Positions 10,249 to 18,068 of a stretch of 64,000 nucleotides of DNA are shown here, piece by piece; positions within the stretch are counted from its first letter, which is position 1, and each line of letters begins with the position of its first letter. The position numbers and the translations under genes are program-made. Under the pieces are notes generated by a model. It saw only the letters and a list, made by a program, of their open reading frames with translations, searched no databases and was not told the DNA's origin. Source of the stretch: a virus; the IMG/VR virus record IMGVR_UViG_3300009068_000023. One strand, written 5' to 3'.

Positions 10249-11394
10249 ATGTCAAATAAAACATATAAACTATTCGCCGATAAAATGGGTGGCAGATCTG
10301 CTGCCTCTTATATTGGTGTAGCTGGTGATCTATTCTATGATCCAGAAATTGGATCTATCAAACTTTCCAATGGAGTAAATCCAGGTGGTCTAGCCATCAC
10401 AGAACCTACTGGAATTACTGCGACAGATTGTAATTGGTATGTTGATCCAAGCAGAACAGATATTTCAGTAGGTACATCAACTGGAAGTCTAAACAATCCT
10501 TTCTTATCAATTACTGAAGCGTTGGCTTACATTGAAGCACGTATCGCTGGTGGTACTTTAACGATCGATATCAATGGGACTATTGTCGACAACCCGCAAT
10601 TTATCCAACTGATGAGTTCAACTACAGAAAATGTGGTACTAACTCGTGGAAACATTTTTATCGGTTCTGTTACTCCTAATGCTGGTCACGTACCAATTTG
10701 GATCAAAGGTTACGTTACTGTTATCCCAGCAGACTCCAGCGCAAATGCCATTAATGTCAATAGATTTGGTTTGTTTAATGTTGCTATTATTCCTTCTACT
10801 GCCAATCACGCTATTGAGTTAGTTGGCACTAATCCTGCAAAACTTTTCCTAGAAGATGTATATGTTTATCAAAACAACGCCACCAAGAGTTGTGTTTATG
10901 CCAATAATACTGGCACTGGCAGCAGAGTCGAAATGTACGATTGTACCATGGCTAGAGCCAGTGGTTCCGTATATCTAATAGACATTCAGCGTGGATTCTG
11001 TAGCATAAACAATCTGGAAACCAATGGCATAGGACAAGTGCTTAACATGGCAAATGATTCTACAGGCAATATGCTGAGAAGTGGAATAGAAGCCAACACT
11101 GGTGCTGTGGTTACTCTAAGTGGAACAGCACAATGGGGTATGGGTGTGAGTATTATTACCAACACTGGCACAGGTACCAATACATATGGTATCTCAATGA
11201 GTGGTACAGCAACCATGCAGTTTGGTGTGTGTACATTTAACATACCGGCCGCACAGGCAACCAATCGTGCTATCAATGGAGTGGCTGGCAATGTGGTATT
11301 ATACTCTGGTCCAATATTCCAATACGGATCTACAGACAAGATATCCTCAGCAATAACATTGATTCCACTAGATACTACCTTTACTGCAGTATAA
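10249..11394 (+). CDS. fibre/spike-like protein: Mtd-N-like head plus probable beta-helix
   Basis: YIG..GDLFYD....IKLSNG.NPGG N-terminal motif; YVDP..GSLNNPFLSITEAL motif typical of the start of a beta-helix. Confidence 0.65.
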   Translation: MSNKTYKLFADKMGGRSAASYIGVAGDLFYDPEIGSIKLSNGVNPGGLAITEPTGITATDCNWYVDPSRTDISVGTSTGSLNNPFLSITEALAYIEARIAGGTLTIDINGTIVDNPQFIQLMSSTTENVVLTRGNIFIGSVTPNAGHVPIWIKGYVTVIPADSSANAINVNRFGLFNVAIIPSTANHAIELVGTNPAKLFLEDVYVYQNNATKSCVYANNTGTGSRVEMYDCTMARASGSVYLIDIQRGFCSINNLETNGIGQVLNMANDSTGNMLRSGIEANTGAVVTLSGTAQWGMGVSIITNTGTGTNTYGISMSGTATMQFGVCTFNIPAAQATNRAINGVAGNVVLYSGPIFQYGSTDKISSAITLIPLDTTFTAV

Positions 11395-11414
11395 AATAGG
11401 AGTAAATAATTGTA

Positions 11415-11422
11415 TATAAATA
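11415..11422 (+). promoter_or_regulatory. T4-type late promoter upstream of tmRNA
   Basis: Exact TATAAATA in the intergenic region. Confidence 0.7.
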
Positions 11423-11448
11423 ATTTAACTGATGAAATTTTAAACAAT

Positions 11449-11692
11449 ATTGCTGTATGAAGTAGAAGGAAAAGGGTTCTGGACGCGAGTTCGATTCTCG
11501 CCATCTCCACAACGACGGGGATGTACAGGTTTCGACAGGGCAATGAGTACAGATATGGACAGCACGTCAGGCGATCGACGTAAATGAAGCAGAACTAGTA
11601 AACGCAAACGATAGCGATTACAACATGGCTCTTGCTGCCTAAACAGTAAGATACGGAGTTTAGAGGCTGTACTTGGCAACAGAAACAGCCTC
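11449..11692 (+). ncRNA. ssrA: permuted (two-piece) tmRNA
   Basis: The acceptor piece (T-arm 11485-11501, CATCTCC-A 11502-11509) precedes the coding piece starting GGGGATG at 11517, giving a 7-bp acceptor stem with G3.U; tag frame 11604-11642 reads ANDSDYNMALAA*; terminal stem 11663-11692; ends approximate. Confidence 0.9.
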
Positions 11693-11711
11693 ATCTTTAA
11701 AGGAGAAAATT

Positions 11712-11825
11712 ATGATTGATTCGTTAATTTGGATTCTAGTAGGTGCTTTTATTGGATGGCATGTACCTCAACCTTCGTGGGCCGCTATTATTAAGAACAA
11801 GGTTATGGAGATGATTAAGAAATGA
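11712..11825 (+). CDS. 37-aa membrane peptide
   Basis: AAGGAG RBS; MIDSLIWILVGAFIGWHVPQPSWAAIIKNKVMEMIKK; ATGA overlap with the next gene. Confidence 0.7.
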   Translation: MIDSLIWILVGAFIGWHVPQPSWAAIIKNKVMEMIKK

Positions 11826-12295
11826 CCGTTCAGCTTTCAAAGAACTTTACACTCACAGAATTTACTAAGAGTCAAGCTGGTGCACGTCTAGGTATTGACA
11901 ATACTCCACAAGGCGAGCATCTCGAGAACCTTAAGAATCTAGTTACTAAGATCATTCAGCCTCTTCGAGAGCAGCTAGGCAAGCCTATTACTATTAACTC
12001 TGGATATCGTGGTCCAGAAGTTAATAAGGCTGTGGGTGGAGCAGCAACTAGTCAACATTGCTCTGGTGAAGCTGCTGATATTGAATGTCCTGGTATGGCT
12101 AATGCTGACCTTGCGCACTACATTCAAAAGCATTTTGACTTTGATCAGTTGATTCTAGAATTTTACAAGCCAGGCGTTCCGGATTCAGGTTGGGTGCATG
12201 TTAGTTTGAAACGCCAAGGTGCTCAACGCAAGCAATGTCTTACCGCTGTGTCTGAAAATGGCAAGACGGTTTATAAGCCAGGGTTTCTATCTTAA
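11822..12295 (+). CDS. peptidase M15A, probable endolysin
   Basis: INSGYR..VNKAVGGA.TSQHCSGEAAD...WVHVS Zn-peptidase motifs. Confidence 0.9.
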   Translation: MTVQLSKNFTLTEFTKSQAGARLGIDNTPQGEHLENLKNLVTKIIQPLREQLGKPITINSGYRGPEVNKAVGGAATSQHCSGEAADIECPGMANADLAHYIQKHFDFDQLILEFYKPGVPDSGWVHVSLKRQGAQRKQCLTAVSENGKTVYKPGFLS

Positions 12296-12928
12296 TTGTT
12301 TAAGCTAAACAATATAGAGGTGCACAGAAACCCAACGTGCACGCATACAGTCAACTCCAAACATTTTAGTTCGGAATCTCTTAAGTATTTCGACAAAGAT
12401 GGTTTTGAGCTTACCCCTCTTGAACAGCATTATTATAATGCATCCGGGTATCAGAACAAAATTGGATCTGGCTGTCTGTATAATACCTGTTGGCAAGAAC
12501 CATGGTTTACTCTAGAAGATAGTAATGATTTTATCATAGATCATTCGATGGTTTTACATCGTTGCGACTTCACGGGCGATGCAGCAATTCAGTTATATGA
12601 ACACAACAAGAAGCTACCTCAGCTTAATTATCTTATCAATTGTAAGAAGAAGTGGGGATTAGACTTCAGCCTTGATTATGTTGATGTAGATTCAAACAAA
12701 ATATATGAAATAATTCATATTGAGCAAGACTCTAACAACTACGAACAGTTCTTAGAACTTAAAGACAAGTTTGAGAATTTTGTTCTCTTTACGGACTGGA
12801 ATAAAGCGGCCAAAGTTCTCTTAAAGCAAAAAGAGAAATGGCTTAATCTTAACGGAATGGCACAAAACGACTGGAAAGCAAAGTTCTTTGGCTATTCACA
12901 AGCTGAATCAATAATCAAAACGATCTAG
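12296..12928 (+). CDS. hypothetical protein
   Basis: 210 aa ORF abutting the upstream stop (TTG start). Confidence 0.6.
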   Translation: MFKLNNIEVHRNPTCTHTVNSKHFSSESLKYFDKDGFELTPLEQHYYNASGYQNKIGSGCLYNTCWQEPWFTLEDSNDFIIDHSMVLHRCDFTGDAAIQLYEHNKKLPQLNYLINCKKKWGLDFSLDYVDVDSNKIYEIIHIEQDSNNYEQFLELKDKFENFVLFTDWNKAAKVLLKQKEKWLNLNGMAQNDWKAKFFGYSQAESIIKTI

Positions 12929-12929
12929 C

Positions 12930-12958
12930 TTGATATTATTTCAGTAGTAACATATAAT
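12930..12958 (+). promoter_or_regulatory. sigma70-type promoter
   Basis: TTGATA-17 nt-TATAAT, followed by an AAGGAG RBS. Confidence 0.7.
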
Positions 12959-12976
12959 ACAACTAAGGAGATAGAA

Positions 12977-13528
12977 ATGGGTAATTACCAGTCTATTGCT
13001 AGGTTTAGTATTAGCATTTTGCTTATAAGCTTAGTTATTTTTACTAGTATACATTTTGCAAACCAGGCGTATGATAAGCAGTATAAGAAGTATGCCGAGT
13101 TTAACGAAAGTATCAATTATAGAACTGCGGTTGAAGCCGAACGGCAGTTAGAATGCTTAAGTAAGAATATTTACTTCGAAGCAGCAACCGAACCGTTCGA
13201 AGGAAAGGTTGCAGTTGCACAAGTTACTCTCAATAGAGTTAATAGTGGCAACTTTCCAGGAGATGTTTGCAGAGTAGTTTATCAAAAGAATATTTTTTAT
13301 GATAAGGTAATCTGCCAATTCTCTTGGTATTGTGAAAGAAAGTCATTTATTGCACCTATTCATTCAGAGCACTACAAAGAAAGCGAGCGTGTTGCACGTA
13401 AGGTTCTTCTAGAAGGTTTTAAGCTGGATAGCGTGAGGCATGCAATGTACTATCATGCTGATTATGTGAATCCTAAGTGGAAGAAAGAACAAGTAGCAAA
13501 GATTGGTCATCATATTTTTTATAGGTAA
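12977..13528 (+). CDS. cell wall hydrolase (SleB/Hydrolase_2)
   Basis: CLSKNIYFEA..E..EGKVAVAQVTLNRV..QFSW..YYHADYVNPKW..IGHHIFY; N-terminal TM helix. Confidence 0.9.
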   Translation: MGNYQSIARFSISILLISLVIFTSIHFANQAYDKQYKKYAEFNESINYRTAVEAERQLECLSKNIYFEAATEPFEGKVAVAQVTLNRVNSGNFPGDVCRVVYQKNIFYDKVICQFSWYCERKSFIAPIHSEHYKESERVARKVLLEGFKLDSVRHAMYYHADYVNPKWKKEQVAKIGHHIFYR

Positions 13529-13533
13529 ACAAA

Positions 13534-13842
13534 ATGTTTAAGATTGAAATGTTTGATAAATTAGCACAAAATACTATTAAGTTCATTCAGCAATTTACGT
13601 CTGAGTCTTTTAATTTAGTAACTATTGTATTGCTGCATATTGCAACATTCCCTACTCTTATGGCTGCTATCACGTCTATTACTGATAGAATGCCTACGGT
13701 AGAAATCTTTTTGTTCTTGTTTGCAGGACTATTCGTTATGCTACTAAAGTCCATTGCTGCCAAGGAAGTGTTTAGTGTAGTTATTAATTCCTTCGGTTTC
13801 TTTGTACAAGTAGTATTGCTTTGCTTGGTTGTGTTTAAATGA
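13534..13842 (+). CDS. small integral membrane protein
   Basis: About three hydrophobic helices. Confidence 0.65.
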   Translation: MFKIEMFDKLAQNTIKFIQQFTSESFNLVTIVLLHIATFPTLMAAITSITDRMPTVEIFLFLFAGLFVMLLKSIAAKEVFSVVINSFGFFVQVVLLCLVVFK

Positions 13843-14084
13843 TAGTTAATACAGAACACACCGCGATTAGATCACCTACCGAGTTTTTCTTAGCAGTTGA
13901 TAAATTATCATCAGATAAGAGAATTAATTACTTGGATGCAGTAATATTGTATTGTGAAGAAAATAGCATTGAGATTGAAACTGCTGCAACTTTAATTAAA
14001 GGTAGTTCTAAGTTTAAAGCAAGAATTCAAGATGATGCAGAAGAGTTAAACTTTTTACCCAAATCGAGGAAGTTACCTATATGA
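13839..14084 (+). CDS. gp33: late transcription co-activator gp33
   Basis: YLDAVILYCEENSIEIET...K..IQDDAEELNFLPK; position upstream of genes 59 and 32. Confidence 0.85.
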   Translation: MIVNTEHTAIRSPTEFFLAVDKLSSDKRINYLDAVILYCEENSIEIETAATLIKGSSKFKARIQDDAEELNFLPKSRKLPI

Positions 14085-14641
14085 CACAACTACCATCTCA
14101 CCTAGGCGGTCATGAGAATGAAACTCATATCGACCGCGGCGCCTTGCGCTATCTTATTGATAATCTCGAAATTAAGTCTGTAGTAGATATTGGATGCGGC
14201 CTAGGTGGCATGATTCAGTGCTGCTTGAACGAAGGTATCGAGGATGTTATTGGTCTTGATGGAGACTTTACTATCGAACGACCAGATCAGATTGCTCTTA
14301 GAACAGCTATTCATGATTTTACTACTGGCCCCTATCATCTGGATAAGATCTATGATCTAGCTTGGACTGTAGAGTTTGTAGAGCATGTAGAAGAAAAGTA
14401 CATGCAAAACTTTATCGACGTTTTTAAGCAATGCAAATACGTTCTTATGACCCATGCTTTCCCAGGACAACCAGGACACCATCACGTTAATTGCCAACAT
14501 GCTGATTATTGGCTTAACGTTATGGAAAAGAATGGTTTTGAACCCAGACCGTATACCTTGCAAAATGTACGAGCTGCATCTACAATGAAAGAACGTTATG
14601 TACGGCAACAGAGCTTATTCTTTAAGAATGGACGCATTTGA
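14081..14641 (+). CDS. class I SAM-dependent methyltransferase
   Basis: VVDIGCGLG motif I; YDLAWTVEFVEHV. Confidence 0.85.
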   Translation: MTQLPSHLGGHENETHIDRGALRYLIDNLEIKSVVDIGCGLGGMIQCCLNEGIEDVIGLDGDFTIERPDQIALRTAIHDFTTGPYHLDKIYDLAWTVEFVEHVEEKYMQNFIDVFKQCKYVLMTHAFPGQPGHHHVNCQHADYWLNVMEKNGFEPRPYTLQNVRAASTMKERYVRQQSLFFKNGRI

Positions 14642-15206
14642 GGCTTATAAGGTATACATTGCTTTAAAGAGCCATTTCACTACCAAATATTATGACTATT
14701 TCAAATATAATGGAAGAACAAGAGCATCAAGATCAACGTTTGAAAAACGAGCCGACAAGTACTATTTCCACAAGCTATCTAAGCGCAAAGATATTGTTGA
14801 CTTCCTCGTATCCAACTTTGTATACAACGGAGACGACTGGGTCGGAAATCTCGTACAAAACAACGAATCTGAAAAATGCTACAGAACACTTCTACGAACC
14901 AGAGAATCACTATCCTATATCTTCAGCGAAGATCTTGACAAGCTAAAAGAAGACTTTGATAGTAATTTTGCAGTAGAAGACGGACAGCATCCTTACTTAC
15001 TTAAGCTATACTTACGTAAGGATATCTGTATAGAGACCTTGATTATTCTCGACGATCTAGTAGGCTGCTTTAAGAAGTGGAATAAGAAGATTGATGAGAA
15101 TGTATTGTGGCCTCAGCTATACTTAAAGTGCCGCAAATATAAGCAGTTCTTTGAGTATGATAGAAGTAAACTAAAACAAGTAGTACTTAATAAATTTTCA
15201 AACTAA
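14628..15206 (+). CDS. gp59: helicase loader gp59
   Basis: AYKVYIALKSHF...YDYFKYNG...F.KR.DKYYF.KL; synteny; start 14628 preferred. Confidence 0.88.
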   Translation: MDAFEAYKVYIALKSHFTTKYYDYFKYNGRTRASRSTFEKRADKYYFHKLSKRKDIVDFLVSNFVYNGDDWVGNLVQNNESEKCYRTLLRTRESLSYIFSEDLDKLKEDFDSNFAVEDGQHPYLLKLYLRKDICIETLIILDDLVGCFKKWNKKIDENVLWPQLYLKCRKYKQFFEYDRSKLKQVVLNKFSN

Positions 15207-15237
15207 TACATCGCGATACATCGCTTAGGAGAAATAC

Positions 15238-16143
15238 ATGACAGTAGATTTTAGTCAACTCAAGAAGTCCCGTCAGAATCAATTTGATAAGCTTACCAGT
15301 GAGCTAAACAAGCTCAGTGAAACTCAGCAAGGTGGTCGCTCTGACGATGACCGGTTCTGGAAGCCAGAGGTTGACAAGGCAGGCAATGGATATGCAGTTA
15401 TTCGCTTCTTGCCTGCACCAGCAAATGAAGACGTGCCGTTTGTTCGTATCTGGGATCATGGATTCCAAGGCCCCGGTGGCTGGTATATTGAGAAGTCGCT
15501 TACTACTCTAGGTAAGCCAGATCCTGTATCCGAATATAATACCCAACTGTGGAATTCTGGAGTAGAAGCTAATAAGGATCTAGTACGCAAGCAAAAGCGT
15601 CGCCTTAGCTTTATCTCGAACATCTACGTTGTTAAGGATCCCTCTCATCCTGAAAACGAAGGCAAGGTCTTCCTTTACAAGTATGGTAAGAAGATTTTCG
15701 ATAAGCTTAACGAAGCTATGAACCCTCAGTTTGAAGATGAAAAGCCTATCAACCCGTTTGATCTATGGGAAGGCGCTAATTTCAAGCTTAAGATTCGTGA
15801 TGTAGAAGGCTATCGCAATTATGATAAGTCAGAGTTTGAGTCAGCTAATCCACTGCTTGGTGATGACGCAGCCCTTGAACGAGTCTGGAAGCAAGAGCAT
15901 TCGTTGAACACGTTCCTTGAAGCTTCTAACTTTAAGTCGTATGATGAACTTAAGGCCAAGCTTAACAAGGTGCTAGGTCTGGATGGCTGAGTTGCTAGTC
16001 GAGCTACTGCAGAGACTGCTTCTGCACCGTGGGATAATGTTGAAACTGTTCAAGCACCTGCTATTAAGAGCAAGGCCGAACCTGCGCTAGAAGATGATGA
16101 CGATAGCATGGACTTCTTCAAGCGTCTGGCAGAAGAGGATTAA
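15238..16143 (+). CDS. gp32: single-stranded DNA-binding protein gp32, with in-frame TGA at 15988-15990
   Basis: DDRFWKP..DKAGNGYAVIRFLPA core. The frame continues 50 codons past the TGA to an acidic tail (EDDDDSMDFFKRLAEED*), 301 codons in total. Confidence 0.9.
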
Positions 16144-18068
16144 TAGGAAGATGCGTGACGTGTACCGTAACCTAAAGAGCCCCGGTTTGCTATGGGCGAA
16201 GGTATAGTGTCGGCATCTTTAGCACCGCTTTTGCCTAGTTTTTGAGTAGTATCTTTAGTATTGTTGTTGATGATAGGGGCCGCTGCTTTTGTACTAGCAG
16301 CGGCTTCATTCTGTTCAGACATAGAAGATACATCTTCACCCCGGCCTCTGCTCTTTTCTAGCGCTGCTTTTTCTTTAGGGGTTTTAAATTTAGCCCAGTC
16401 AAAGCCGCCAGACTCTGTGACATCACTAACAGTAACTGGATTGCTAGTTGCAGCAGGTTTGCTAGAAACCATAGCCCCCTGTTCCTGCCCGCCAGAAGTA
16501 TCCATTTCTTCTTCACCGGGAATCATAGGTACTGGTTCGTTTAGCGGGGTAGATAAAATACTACCTTTTTTCTCTTGCTGCGGACCTGCACCCTGTCTTA
16601 TCATAGAAACAATTGTAGGGCCTCGTCTACCTACTTGACCATACCATTTGCTGCTCTCTAAACTACTTGCAGCACCCTCTACGTTACCTGCTTCTAACTG
16701 TTTAGTAAAGTTAGGCCACTTTTTGTACCAGGCAGGACCCATATTGAACGTTAAGTCAATAAGAGCTCCTTTGCCAGTGTCATTAAGTTTATTATAACCT
16801 GGAATCTTTTCTGCAGCTTTTTGATGATGTTCGAAGTCTTTATCGAAAATATTATTGACTTCATCGATACTAAATTCTCTATTATATTCTGGCGGTAGAG
16901 TCTTACCATCACCTATTAAATGGCCAACACCTACTGTCCATAGGCCTAGAGAGTCTTTGTATGGTCTAGTTCTAACACCTTCGTGCTTCTTAATCATATC
17001 TTTGGCGTCTTTAAAGCCGCCACCGGTAGAGGATTTAAAGCCTATAGATGCACCAGGTGTTATGCCAGTGCCGCTTCCTGAGCTACTTTCTAAAGATGAA
17101 CTAGTAGAAGGTTTTCCAGTTTGCATAGATGGATGTGCTCCACCCATACCTGACTCTTTTGACGAAACCGGAGAAGCTTTTTCTACTGGAGCAGCACCTG
17201 GGGCTTGCTGAGTGCTTCCTTCCATCATGGAACTAGAAGTAGAAGTGCTAGTTGAAGTCTCCTGAGGCGATTTAACTTCCTGTACCTTCTCCCCACCTGT
17301 AACTTCTTTTTCTACCCCCTTTTCATCTATTTCTTTTTCTTCAGTAACCTTCTCTTCTTCGTCTTCTTTTTCTTCTTCTTTATCAGATTCATCTTTTACT
17401 AAAGCTTGACCTAGTTTGACAGCCCCGTAACCTACAGCGGCAGCTACTGCAAGCTTGCCACCTTTGCCCATTCTACCTACACTCTTTATAAGCTTAACAG
17501 TAGTAGTAATGGCATCAAAAACACTCTTAAGTAGTTTTGCTCCAAAAAAGGTAGCTAATCCTACTCCAACTACTTTTAGAGCAGTAGATAATCCGCTAAA
17601 GCCATTATCCTTATCACCTGTTACCTCGGTTACGCCTTCTGTAAACCCTTTAAGAATAGCTTTAATTCTTTTCTTAGTATCTTCTGGTAGTAATGTATAT
17701 AAAGCACCAGCTAATGCAGCAGCAACTACTGGATTAGTAAATAGCGACTTAAGTATACCAAAGAAGCCAGGGCCTTCTTCTTTTACTGCAACCTTCTCTT
17801 TTTTATCTACGGTATCCGGCTTAGCCTCCATAGCAACCTCTTCCTTATCGTATGCACTTTTTGACTCATACGATAAAAGATTAAGAAGCGATGCATGCAT
17901 GTCTTTTATAGCAGTGTTTAACTCTGTTAAAGACGAATTAACTTCACCTAGGTTATCATTTATTCTTTCAACGTCTAGCGCAGCTAGCTTGTTATCTTCA
18001 GGCTGAGTAGTACCTAAGGTACTTTTCTGAACGATTGATTTCTTTAAAAGAGCTGGAATTTCTTTCAT
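16140..18068 (-). CDS. tail/baseplate-hub (tape-measure-like) protein with T4-type lysozyme domain
   Basis: Helical, hydrophobic N-half; IKKHEGVR..YKDSLG.WTVGVGHL and SKWYGQVGRRG glycoside-hydrolase motifs at about 16600-17010. Confidence 0.75.
   Translation of the reverse strand: MKEIPALLKKSIVQKSTLGTTQPEDNKLAALDVERINDNLGEVNSSLTELNTAIKDMHASLLNLLSYESKSAYDKEEVAMEAKPDTVDKKEKVAVKEEGPGFFGILKSLFTNPVVAAALAGALYTLLPEDTKKRIKAILKGFTEGVTEVTGDKDNGFSGLSTALKVVGVGLATFFGAKLLKSVFDAITTTVKLIKSVGRMGKGGKLAVAAAVGYGAVKLGQALVKDESDKEEEKEDEEEKVTEEKEIDEKGVEKEVTGGEKVQEVKSPQETSTSTSTSSSMMEGSTQQAPGAAPVEKASPVSSKESGMGGAHPSMQTGKPSTSSSLESSSGSGTGITPGASIGFKSSTGGGFKDAKDMIKKHEGVRTRPYKDSLGLWTVGVGHLIGDGKTLPPEYNREFSIDEVNNIFDKDFEHHQKAAEKIPGYNKLNDTGKGALIDLTFNMGPAWYKKWPNFTKQLEAGNVEGAASSLESSKWYGQVGRRGPTIVSMIRQGAGPQQEKKGSILSTPLNEPVPMIPGEEEMDTSGGQEQGAMVSSKPAATSNPVTVSDVTESGGFDWAKFKTPKEKAALEKSRGRGEDVSSMSEQNEAAASTKAAAPIINNNTKDTTQKLGKSGAKDADTIPSPIANRGSLGYGTRHASSY

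Noticed and set aside
10139-11510. Two tRNA genes suggested by GTTCGATT T-loops
   Set aside because: No D-arm or anticodon arm lies upstream; both are tmRNA acceptor pieces
10986-11694. Minus-strand ORFs 10986..11543 and 11440..11694
   Set aside because: They are antisense to the tmRNA and the 381-aa gene, with no recognisable protein features
15988-16026. Selenocysteine insertion at the gp32 TGA
   Set aside because: The site is in a flexible linker with no Cys-equivalent role and there are no sel genes in the window; the hairpin alone is insufficient evidence
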